A model generated the notes under the pieces. The model was not told the DNA's origin. It was given only the letters and a program-made list of their open reading frames with translations, and searched no databases. This document shows, in pieces, positions 12,611-24,600 of a stretch of DNA of 64,000 nt. This DNA is from Macrostomum lignano (Eukaryota): assembly GCA_002269645.1 (NCBI GenBank), contig NIVC01000249.1:1-64000 (forward strand), read 5' to 3'. A program made the position numbers and the translations under genes. The first letter of the stretch is position 1; the number at the start of each line of letters is the position of its first letter.

Positions 12611-14520
12611 GAAGAGGTCTATATTTTTACATGTTCTTTGGTTATAGAGGCAGACAGTACCATATGTCTAGGCACATTGTCTCATCAATGTATTTTTGTT
12701 GCTTTAAATAACGATTTCAAAGTGTTGAACAATGAGCCTACAACGTGGGACAATGCAATACGACAAATATGCGTTCCCCACCTGATTCCAGCTCATTTCG
12801 AAGAAAACTGGATGCGGCGTCCTTCAACTGCAGTCGTCCATGTTTAGTGCCTGGAAAGTCGCATGACCCCACGTGGTTTGAGGTCAGGGCGAATCGGGCT
12901 TGTTTACGCAGCCCCCAACGCGTGCGTTCTCTAAACCGGTCTGCTTCAGCTGCAGTCAGATCTCAATTAATCTTTTCCATAATCCTACTTTCATATTTGC
13001 TACTACACAGTCCAACAACGACTTCTACGAGATCGTACGGCTCCCTCAGCCGCAGCTTATTAATCCGTTATGAAATGAACTGTCAGATGGGTTGAAGAAA
13101 TATTCAGAACTGTATGAATTTTTGCTTAGATTGATTAGAAAACTGCCAGTTTCTATTCTTAGCTTGAGAAAGAAAAGATAAGCTGAAAACATGACGTCAG
13201 TAGAATGTTGGAACAATGACCTCCAAAAAAACTATAGAAGGAAACTAATTTGTGCTGCCGGACCTGGTGGGGCGTGGGCGGGATGCAATAACAAAATTAT
13301 CATCATACAATCTCAGCAGCCCCAGATATAGCAGCCAGAGTTCCCATTCCGCTCCATTCGAGTTTCCGATCCGAGTCAGCAGCTCCTGCCGGAGCTAAAA
13401 ATAGTTCAGGCACTATATTGCTAACTCAATAGATGTGATTTTGTTTTGATGCTTTTTAACTTCAACCTTCATTTGTCCTGTGGGGAAAGTTTTTCTTTTT
13501 CAATCCATATTACCCAGTCACCCATAAATTTAGCGCCGCGGGAAGAATCTAAAAATAACCCAGAAGCTGGACAAAAACAGTGCCGTTGCTCTGGCTATCG
13601 CCCTGGATTCATGACTAAGTCATCGATTGTTTCCGCGCTGAACAGTAAAGATAGGAGACAGTTTAAACTGTGATAAACAGCCTGCCAGTGTGAACCGCTA
13701 GCAAAAGCCTGGGGTTGACGATGTTGTTGTGACTGGCGTGGGGTCAGTGCATGCAGTGTTTTCGCTGCCTACGCTAGTACCCAATGTGACTGCGCCTGCA
13801 GACGGAGGACGTGGCTCAAAGGAAAGAGGTAAATGGATTGCATGCCGGGACAGCATTGAGCGCGTTTTGGATGCAGCTAGACCCCCCAGTGTACAGTGGA
13901 AGGGGCTTAGTGTACGGCAGCACGTGTGGGTCCTGGGTAGAGTTGCCCGAACGCTGACTGCACCTCAGTATGACTGGACGGGCGCGTGGCCCGGAAAACT
14001 CCTGCCCCGGCGGCCCTCCCACACTGCGCCGTACAGTCCGCCCTCGGAGCTAATTCACTCCCCCGTGGAAGGGAGGAACGGTAGAGCTGCGACCGAAGCT
14101 GTGGGCCGCGCGGCTTTGCAATTTCCAAGCACAACCCCAATGCCTGCCCTCACCGCCCTCAGCCCGACTTTGTTTACACTTCTCGTCTAATAATAGTGCG
14201 CCAAGACCAAGATATGCCATTAGCTGCTAGCATTTTCAGGAGAGGCGGAGAGTAAAAAGCAGCGAAGATTTACCAGTTTTTGTTTACGCGCGATTTCATT
14301 GGTCAGGAAAAGGAGAGTAGCTTAGGGAGGCCTCCATCGAGCGAGTGTTTTTTTGTGTTCAAAATACACGGAGGCGGGGCGTGTGAGGCGGGCAAAGCGT
14401 GGCGTTTTAAAAGCAGAAAAGCAAAACAAAGCCGGCTTACTCCTTTATTAAACACCTGCGGCATAGGTATCAAAGCCTTTTGAACAGTCTCTGAAGCTAA
14501 AGGAGCAAAGCACAGCGGAA

Positions 14521-16776
14521 ATGCCGGACAGCCAGCGCAGCAACGGTTCTCTGGGCAGCAGCGTTCCTGGCGAAAGCATCATCGCATTCGGCTACATTCG
14601 CGTCCTGCGGACCGGTAAGGAGCGCTTCTTTGTGCTCAAGTCGGTGCCCAAGGCCTCTCCCTGGGATTTCCAGGGTGGCAAGGCGCTAGTGGACTACTAT
14701 CTCTACATGTTTAAAAACGAGAAGAGCTACCAGAAAAACGAACCGAAGCATTTCTACAACTTGAGCGGCGTGATCCTGCTGTCCCAATGCACTAAACGAA
14801 AGAACAACACCGTGCTAGGCGTCTGCTTTCAGGAGGACGCACTATTTCTGAAATTCTCTTCTGAGGATGAACTGAATCGCTGGTATTTCCATTTGAGTGA
14901 AATTTACAACGTGAAGCGCAACTGTCGCTGGCCGGAGCTGCTCAGCTGCTACAGCGTCACCCTCAAACCCGTGAAACTCGCCTCGGCTGTGGAAAAACAC
15001 GGCAAACCCGACTTGCCGGGTCAGTACAGGTTTTGCCTCACGCAATCCGCTGTGCTCCTCGTGAAGGAGAACCTTCTTAATCCCGAGCTCTGCCTGCCCT
15101 ATCCGTGCATCCGCGGCATCGGCCACGTCGTCAACAGTTCCACTGCCTTCGAGATCAATCTTGGTCGGCTGAGCCCTCTGGGAGAAGGCGAGCTTCGCTT
15201 CAAGGTAAGCTGAATGAGTTTGGTTGCTTGAAAAAATCCTTTTTAGACTTGCTGGAGCCAAAAAATATTTTCTCCACTACGGCCTCGATTGACAGGTGGA
15301 GCACAGCAGCATGCAGAAGGAACTGACAGATGCGCTGTTCCGCTGCCTCACTGACCACAAGGGACAAGCACCGCCAGATGGTGGGAAGCCAAAAAACCGG
15401 CGTGCTCGCCGCAGCTCACGGGGCAGCACCGACCTCCCAGTCCAGCACTCGGACTCGCTGCAGACCATTGTGCGGCGGGGAAGCAGCATGAGGTACGCCA
15501 GTCAACACGAATCCAAATCGATCAGGTGAGTCCTACTTTAACACTCGTACAATCAGTAAATCAGCATACATATCCGTTTATTTAACTCAAAGATCATCGC
15601 CCTGTACTTCTGCAGCACATTCTCTGAGAGAACCTACGGCAGGCTGGGTGGGAGCCTGTCTGACGGCCAGCGGACACACAGCCAGCCGCTCGGCGACAAT
15701 TTCGACGATTACTGCGACCTCAGCAGGGACCTAACGCAGGAAGCGTCCCGGTCGCAGGCGCAGAACAACCAGTCGCTGAATTCTTCCAGCTCGCTCTCTG
15801 GCAAAAGCGAACAGGCGGGAGAGCCTGACAGTGCCTCTTCAGCAGCAGGTAATTCTACATTATTATTGTGTAAATGACTTATATCAAGAAAATAGTACTG
15901 TCCAAGAAGCTCATTTGTTAAATGGTTCGTGGAAAACTCCATTTGTCTATTTAAACTAAGTTACATCCCATGATTGGCCCCGGCTGCTCAAGTAGTCATA
16001 GTAAAGCATGAAAGCGTAGATCGATCAGCCGAAGCGAATGAGAGTTACAATTCCTTTTTCTATCTTTGGCAGACGCCCAGCAAACTGGTCAGCGCAGCCC
16101 TCAGTCTGGTAGCGATGACTACTGCGCCGCTGCACGCGTTGCTTCTTGGCACTTCAACAACCTGCAGGCATGTCAGGGCACCGCTTCGCCATTACTGGGC
16201 TCCAGAGCCAACAGCATCGGAGACCGTCCGCAAGCAGCCCGTCCTGGCAGCTACCTGCCCTCCTCCTACTCGGTGCCGTCCTCCTATTACGGCGAGCCAT
16301 CGCAAACTGCCGGTCATCGCGAGGATCGGCAGGTTTTCGTCGAGATGAGCTTCGGCCGGCCGCGGACGCGAAGCGACGCTTCGCGCTACCGCCTGGGTTT
16401 TCGATCTCGGACTGGTTCGTATGGTAACCGAAGCGCCTATCGATTGAATGGTCAGGTACCAACACCAAAGACCGTTGAAGAGGCTCTTGCGCGATATGGG
16501 GAGTTTAGCACGGAGCTGCAGTCGTTAGTGGAGGCTGGAGCGCCCGAGGAGTGCGGCAACTACGTACCGATGTCACTGGGCCCGGCAGCTGAGAAATCAA
16601 AGGAGGCTAAGGAAGCTGAGCCGGAGCCGAAGCAGGGAGAGGTTCTGAACGACGATTACTACTGGATGGGCCCGAGTCGAGTTGATGACATGCTTATGCA
16701 ACGGGGTGTAGATCAACAACGACCGCAGCAGCAGCAACAGCAGCAGCAACAACAACAACAACAACGAGAACAATAG
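14521..16776 (+). CDS. IRS: Insulin receptor substrate-like adaptor (PH + IRS-type PTB + Tyr-motif tail)
   Basis: Exons 14521-15204, 15296-15525, 15616-15848, 16073-16776 splice in phase. PH (ERFFVLK..Y..F.NEK..RWY) is followed by PTB (YRFCLT..CIRGIGH..FEINLGR.SPLGEGEL). The tail has YVPM and YYWM (YxxM) plus polyQ. Confidence 0.88.
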
Positions 16777-19700
16777 CGGTTCGAAAAATTTAATGCAGTA
16801 AAAACTTTGCAAAAAAAAACAAAGAAATCAGACAGACAATCTTCATTTTTTTAAAGTGCAACTCCACTTGTTTCAAAGCCTCTTAATCGAGTCACAGCTT
16901 TTGTTTTGAACTCTACATGAAAATAACTACGATCGTACTTATGTCATTCGTCTAAAAGTTATTGCGCGTTGTGTTTGATGACTTGTTTCACCGTAAAATC
17001 TATAAATCTTATGCAGACGGCTACAGTATGCTGGCCAACTTTTCCTAATGTGTGTATCTGCGCTTTTTCGCATTTTGATGTTGTATTACTGAATACTTTC
17101 AAATTCCATTCAATCACAAATCGTACAGCCCCTTTGCGCACTATCTACACATTATCTAATGATAATTACTTGAATTCAGCAAAACACTGGACTGCATGGG
17201 CTTTGCTGTAGATTCAGTGGCTTCATAAAGTTTGCGCCGATCTATGAATGTCTCACAATGCACGATTAACAGTACACTCGTAATGTACTTTAGCGCCATT
17301 TCATTTGCTGCTGTTGGATCTTTTTGCTTGTCGCTTCGATGGCCACTAATAATAACATTGATGTGATATGGGCCTATGTTTTGTTTGTTGTATTTAATAT
17401 ATATTTTGAAGCAAATTCGATTGTATTGTGCACTGAAAGCACAGACCGGCCATGTTTTGGTTCGGCATATAAAAAAATATTTTTTGTCTTTCAGGGTCTG
17501 GTTTCAAAAAAGCACCAGAATAGTTACGATTATCTGTCGAATATAGAAGGGGGAAGAAAATATTTGACACGAGTCTAAAATTTTCGTTCTGGACTTTCTC
17601 TGTCATCAACTATCTGTTCAAAACAGCACAGTTGAATCCTGTGTGCTCCTGTGTCCGGGATTGAAGTTTCAGAATTCTGAACAAACGGAGAGACAAAGGC
17701 AAAGTATGTTAACCTCGATTCGGGAACAGATTATATCCTTGAACTGCTTTATACTTTCTCGACGTGCTACTGTCAGAAGCTATATAATCTAACAAGCGCT
17801 GCAAATGTACTCTTTGTGCACCAGTTTATTATTTACGAGTGCCTCGGGTTACAAGTACCGAAATTCGGTCGACCCAGTGTTGTTTACAACGTCCCTAGCT
17901 GGCTGCGCAAATAGTGCAGCACCGAGGCCTTCATCCCCGGCGCTGCAGATCCCGAAGCCCCTCTGCCTCTGGTGTCCGCCTGAAGTAAAAACAGACCAGC
18001 GCGCAGGAAAATAAAAGTTCACAGTGGCACATTGTGCAGCCGCACGGAGCGATTCGCCAGTGCAAGATGATTCATGGAAGTCGAACTGTTACTCGGTAGG
18101 CACAGAACTACACTCGCCTGGTCCGAGCGAAGTACCGCACTTGGTGGAACTTTCGTCCTGACCGAGTTTCGCTCTGGCGTGTACGAGCCCCGTAATTTGT
18201 TTTCACCGATGCAGAAAGTCTATTCGAAGCTACGAGTATTTTGGAGTAAGCTAGGGCGCGTTGTACTTGAATTTCTCTGTTTTTCTTCATGTGCAGCTTA
18301 CGTGGTGACCTCTCGATTTTGTTCGGCTCTTATCTCCCCGGGTTACCTTTACGAGTTAGCAGGAAAGACGAACTGTGTGAGAAATGAAATTATCAGGTTT
18401 TTCTGAATTTCAAAGGACCGACTACTAGGTAATCTTTTGCTTAGAAATTTTAGAAACGGATTCACTGCCAGCCCTATGCAGAGTCTGGGGGTGGTCAAGA
18501 AGTGTGCAGTGCACCTGCACTGCGGCCAGAATTGTACTGCTAAAACAGGTAAACAACACTATTGCGCTGTTAGTTACAGGGAATGTTGGCTTAAAGGCGC
18601 CTCTCTGGGGTGAACCACCTGCAACTTGAAACGTGTTTTCCATTTGCCATGCGATCAATAAAATGGTCTAGTGCAAAACTTGCTCTTTTCATTTGTCCTT
18701 CAGCCATGTAGATTTCAAGTACTGATTGTCTTTGTAAATTTGTTCTTATAAATAGAAATCAGCAGTGCCAGTGTTCTTAGTTGCTTCTCAGCAGGAAGCC
18801 CTGCCCTAATGGAAAATCTTTTGAGCACTTTGAATCCGCGAACCACTCCGGCACGGAAGCTCATCAAGTACGCATTTATTTTGCTGGATCAGGATGTAGA
18901 TTCTGAGCCCTATGATTTATTCCCCTCTGCGTGTTGGTCCTCGTTCGTACTTTTCTGACAAAGCTAGCCAGTTATTGATACCTTCCGCCAGCGAGTCAGC
19001 GCCGAAAACAAGTCCAACTACGGAAGAAAGTACGCTTTGCTACTCTTTCAGCTTTTTATTGCTTGTTTTGGTGGGCAGCGCAGAGTTATAAAGGTATGCG
19101 CAAAATTCAAACAAATTCCACACTGGACTGGGCTGTCTAATTGAAAGCAGCGAACAGGCTACAGAAAGTTGTTTTTCTGCGGCTCGAATTTAAACAAACG
19201 CGATTATTTAAAATTAAACTGATAGCAGCATTTGTTTTGCTGATTAGATTGCCAAATTGGTCCCTTGTGCCTTCTGTGTAGTTGCGTCTGCATAGGCTGT
19301 GAGCATATGAGGCACAGTGACTATTCCAGCTTTGCTTAAGCTCAGTTAAGCGATAAAGAACTTCTTGCTCAGATATTGCAGCTGTACATGGCTAGAATAG
19401 AGAGGCCCATCTTATCGCCAGGATTTGGGAGTTCACAAAAAGCTACTGTATTTGCATTTGATGCAAGAGTTTAGAAGGCTAATTTTTCCTGGCGCCGATA
19501 TTTGATGTCCCCTTGAAATCGGTTGATTCACCTTGTCAGATCCATCATCTAATGAGCTGAAAAGGTGAAAGCAGACTAGCTGCAAAAATAACTAGCAAAC
19601 TCCGAACCTGTCCGGACTTAATGCGTCTGTTTGTTACTCGGCACTTGTTTTCGCCGAGTTAAGTGCAAAAATATTTGCGAGGAAAAATAAGCACTCAAAA

Positions 19701-20353
19701 GACAAACAGCTCAGCGCGTCACAGCTCAACTGTAATTGCTCTTTTGAGTGAGAGGCTGCATGGCCCATCTAGTATAAATTCGTTATTCCAATTCGCCAAG
19801 GGCTCTATTTAGGATCAGAATTGCCTCTGCGTAAGCAAAACACTTCTGCACTGCTTTGAAGCTATTTTTAAACTGCACTTAAAATACGAGCTAATAACCC
19901 AAGTTCGCAAGAATTCAGTACAGGCCTTTTTCTTGCTTTCTTACTAACAGTAGCAAGAATGTACGAGAGTAGTTTGCATCGAAGTCTGCAAGACTGTTCA
20001 TGTCAGATATAGTCGCTATTTACGTATTCGTAGCCAAAAGCACTCGCCGTATACACGACTTAGCACTTCGAGCAAAACATTCGGGGGCCTGAAAATAGCG
20101 GAGCAGATACACAATAGAATGGATAGATAGATGGCTGCATGCTCTCTAGCAGTTTGAGCAGAGCAAAGATGTGCATCAACTCGCACAATAACGGCCGAAT
20201 GTCGAATATTTCGGGGTTGAGACACGCCAAGAAGAATTGCAACGGACATTGAGTTAAATAGGAGCAGCCTGACAGCCTCGGGGCAGTTTCAAGCAACTTG
20301 TCTCAAATTCCAACAAAGAGGCCTGCAGCCTTTGGCTGAGACAGCTCGCCAAC

Positions 20354-20578
20354 ATGCCAAAAGCTAAGTCGGGCAAAAAGTCGACCGGAAAGAAAGCGGA
20401 TGCAGCTGCGGATGCTCCACAGACGGCGGACTCGGCAGCTCTGACCGCGGAGTCGCCGATCCCGCCTGCGACGCCGCAGAGCCGCCTGGCCGGCTACACG
20501 CGCATCGACGCGGCCATCGACTCGACGCACACGCTGGGACAGGCGCTGGAGAAGTACGGCTTCGACAAGGAGAAGTGA
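20354..20578 (+). CDS. 74-aa hypothetical protein (basic N-terminus, Ala/Pro-rich middle)
   Basis: Good start context gccaacATG and strong GC3 bias (GCG, CGC, GAC, ATC, AAG) against AT-richer flanks. No family recognised. Confidence 0.55.
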   Translation: MPKAKSGKKSTGKKADAAADAPQTADSAALTAESPIPPATPQSRLAGYTRIDAAIDSTHTLGQALEKYGFDKEK

Positions 20579-21177
20579 CCAGCGACTGGAGTGACACTCG
20601 GGACTCAACTGTTCTGGAAGGCATTCTACTGTCATCATATAGTGTAAAATATACAGATTCCATGATGGATTAGCGAGCCGCCAGACTCTTTTCTTCATGT
20701 TTTTAACCAAATTTAAGCTGGCTGCTGCATACTTACCAGAGATATTGGCGAGACTGGGGAAGATACAGCATCCGACATCGGTTGGATTGATATTGATAAA
20801 GCTCAAAGCCACAGCAACACGTGATTGTATTTTAGTTAGTTTTCATCTCAGTGCAGACAAGACGGGCGGGTGCATTGAATAACTGCCGAGTTGGAGGCTT
20901 AGAATAAGGTGGTGCGATAAGCTAAAGACGGGGTGAATTGTAGGCTGGGCGATGAGGAGAGAGAGAGAAGTAGAGTGCGCAACAGACAGACAGAAAGACT
21001 GACAGACAGACAGACAAAAACATAGACAGGCAGACGAGTGGACAGATAGACAGATAAAGTGCAATTACAAACAAAAAATACTTGTAAAAGCGAAAAAATG
21101 GAGGCTAGGGAACTACAAAGTATATTTAACTGGATGATTGCAGTAAATTGCAAGCTTTTTAAAGCGAAATCACCTAG

Positions 21178-21352
21178 GGGTTGTAGCCTAGAGGTAAAAG
21201 CGTCGGACTCACGACTTGAAGGTCGGAGGTTCGATTCCCGATCCGAGTGGAACAATTCGTGTCCTTTGAGCAAGACACTTCACTCTGCATTGCTGCGGCT
21301 GAGCTGTCGGTTGCACATCTGACCCAACTGGGGCAGGTGTAATAAAAAAAAT
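21178..21352 (+). mobile_element. tRNA-derived SINE, internally deleted copy with A-rich tail
   Basis: Head GGGTTGTAGCCTAGAGG...GGTTCGATTCCC, core GTGTCCTTTGAGCAAGACACTTCAC, tail shared with the 4.2-kb copy. 10-bp TSD aatcacctag at 21168-21177 and 21353-21362. Confidence 0.85.
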
Positions 21353-21615
21353 AATCACCTAGTTTCATCCGGCCCCAGCAATAAACGCGAGCAATACTGG
21401 CTTGGCAAAAAAAACAGTTGCGCTGAGGTATTTCGCGAATTGAGCCTAGCATGTGTTTAATAAGCACGACTAAGGACTATGCGTCTGTTTGGAAACGTAA
21501 GAACTACGAGATGCTTATCATGTTGTTGTCCAGCAAGCGGAGAATTTGATTTATTAGTAGAATGATGCTTGGCTTCTGCGTCGGACAACAATTTAACTAT
21601 GCGATGAGTCCACCG

Positions 21616-24600
21616 TCAGGGCACCGAGCTCCGGGCCTCGATGCAGAGCACCACGAGGCGCGTGTCGCAAGCGATCTGCCTGTCGGTCTGCAGCAACCAG
21701 CTGGAGCTCAGATCGGATGCCAGGCCGCGCTTCATCAGGCTGCGACTGAAGAACCCGTCGCAGTCTGGCGAGCCGCGATCACGATGCCTGAGGCCTCGCC
21801 AAGCCAGGATCTCGGAGCTGCGGTGTGAAAAAAAGGCTTGATGACGTCATGCTTAGTAATTTATTCTCATCTGTTAGTTCGGCGAGTTATACCGCTTTGT
21901 GCTTTAGTTAAGTTATAAAGGATTGCCTACTAATTAGTAGCAAGAAAAGAATGTTAAGCGACTCTCTTAGCTTGTACGAGAGTTCGCACTTCAAACGAAT
22001 GTTATATTCATTCGTTGCTGGCGCAAGTTTGAATCTCACTTTTGGACGCACAATTAGACTCTTACATGTTATATCATTCTTTAGGGTCGAGAGTACCAGA
22101 GATCCCAAATGCGAATTCACGATCGTTTTTTGCAACAAAAGCACCGTCTAACGATGGGAAGGTCCATAAAAATTTTCGAATGTTGTTTAACTTTCCAACA
22201 GCACCCACGGCTACCCTACAAGCTTAACTAACTACTTTCTGGAATCTAAAAGAGAACCCCGATTCTAGAAAACTTTTGAACACTCACACTCCTCTGTGCT
22301 CAGCCCATTGCGACAGATTCCTGCCATTAAAGTCTTGCAGCTGAACTTCTCGGTTCCACATGCCGCGGTCCAGCATATCAGAGTAGCTGTCGAACAGCCT
22401 TTGGTTCTGTGGGAAAAAGACGAAATAAGCTTAATATAACTCTTGCTCTGTATTCAGTTAATACGAGTGGAACTCCTCCTCTGGAGGAGAAAGGGGAAGA
22501 ACTCCCATCACCGGAATTCTGAAGGGGAAGAACTCCTATCAGCTGAAATTCAATGAATTGAATCCCATCTTCCAAATCATCTCCAAATCCTCTACAATCT
22601 ATCAACTCCCATCTCTCATCTCTTGCGCCCTGCGCTCTGATTTTTATTTTTACTCTCTTCTTTCTCCTCACTAATTACTCCTCTCTACACTTTCATCTCT
22701 CTCATCTCTGATCTTTCATCTCTCTTCTCCCTCCTCTCTCCCTTCTCTCGCTTCTCTCTCTCCTCTATTCCTACTCTTCTCGCTTATCTCTTCTCTCTCA
22801 TATCTCATCTCTACTCCCTTATTTATCTCTTCTCCCTCGCCTTTCGTCTGTACCCTCTCCTGTCTACTCTCATATCTTCTCTCTTATCTCTCCCCTTTTC
22901 TCTCCTCTCTCATATCTCATCTCTACTCACTTATCTATCGTCTCCGCTCTACTTTCTCTCTTCCCTTTTCTCTCTTCTCTCTGCTTTCATTACTCGTATC
23001 TCTTATACGCTCTCACCCTCTCCTTTCTTATCTACCATCTTTCTTCCCTTTCTACTGCATCACCTGTCTCCTCTCCTCTCTTTTCTCTCCTCTCCATTCC
23101 CTCTTCTCTTATCTCCCCTCATCTCTTCTCTAATCTCTCTTCTCTCCTCTCTCATATCTCTTCTCTACTCACTTATCTATTCTCTCTCCCCTTTTACACT
23201 TTCCTATATGCTCTCACTCTCACCCTCTCCTTTCTTATATCCTGTTTTTTTACACTCTTTTCTATCACCTGTCTCCTCTCGTTTCTCTCCTCTCTGCACT
23301 CTCATCTTTACCCTCTTCTTTCTCCTCACTACTTTCTTCTCTTGAATCTCTGATCTCTGATCTTTCATCTCTCTCCTCTCACCTCTCACCTCTCTCCTCT
23401 CTTTCCTCTCTTCTATTGCCTCTGTACGCTCTTATCCCTCCTTTCTTTTCTCTCCTGTCTCCTCTCTGCTATCTCATATCTCCTCTCTCATATCCTCTCC
23501 CTTCATCTCCTCTCTCCTCTTCTCTTTTCTCTTCCTTCGTTCCCGCCTTACTCCCCTCTTCTCTCCCATCTGTCATGTCTAATCTCTCCATTCATTTCTA
23601 CTCTGTTTTCTATCATCTCATCTCTCTTCTCTTTTCATTCTTCTCTTTACTCTCTTCTCTGACTGATTGAAGATGCCAAATCCATCAAGATCCTCTCCGC
23701 GAAGCAGAAAAATCCTGTCCGTGCAACTGAAAACCATCGAAATCCTCTCCGTGAAACTGGACTCCTTCGAAATCCTCTCCTTGAAACTTAAATCCATCAA
23801 AATGGTCTCCATAAAACAGAAATCAATCATAAATTATCTCCGCGAAACAGAAATCCTCTCCGTGAAGCTGAACATCATCGAAATCCTCTCCGTGAAACTG
23901 AACATCATCGAAATCCTTTCCACGAAAGTGAACGCCATCGAAATCCTCTCCACGAAACAGAAATCCTCTTCGTCAAAATTAAAACATTGAAATCGTCTCC
24001 GCTAAACTGGACTCAATCAAATTTTTTCCGTCAAACAACTCAACTCTCCGGATTCATTGGTTAGGGTTAGGGTTAGGGTTAGGGTTAGAACTACGCACAG
24101 GTTTGTGTTAAAAGGCACCGATAAAAATATTGAACTAATTGAATCAATTCATTGCGCAACTGATTTCACAGTCAGTCAGTCAATCTAAATCAACCCTCCA
24201 ATACACAGCAGCAGTGAGAAGTTGAACCCTCCCCCAACTTTATCTATTACGTCTCGCAAAACTGAGTACAATTTTTGCAGAAAGTTAAAAGTATGGAAAT
24301 AGTTTTTCAAATGCTGTGCTTTTTCTTTTCATATTTAAAGCAAACAACTTATATCCCCGAACTCAGCGTTGCAAGATCTTTCCAGCAATATAAGTTTCTC
24401 CTCTCAAAGTTTAAAACTCGAGGAACAGTTAGCGTTTGAAATTTACCGATTTCCCGACTTCTTGCTAGAGAAGCTCGCAAGTTTATTCATTGAATTTCAC
24501 TGCCCAGCTAATACACAGGGCCGATAATAAAACCAATTGAATATTGGCACAGTTCTATCTATCTTTTTACACTGTACAACAGCTATGTACACTCAGTCCA

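Noticed and set aside
21178-21250. Functional tRNA gene (also 4465-4538)
   Set aside because: The acceptor and anticodon stems do not pair, there is no T-run terminator, and both continue into a SINE body with TSDs.
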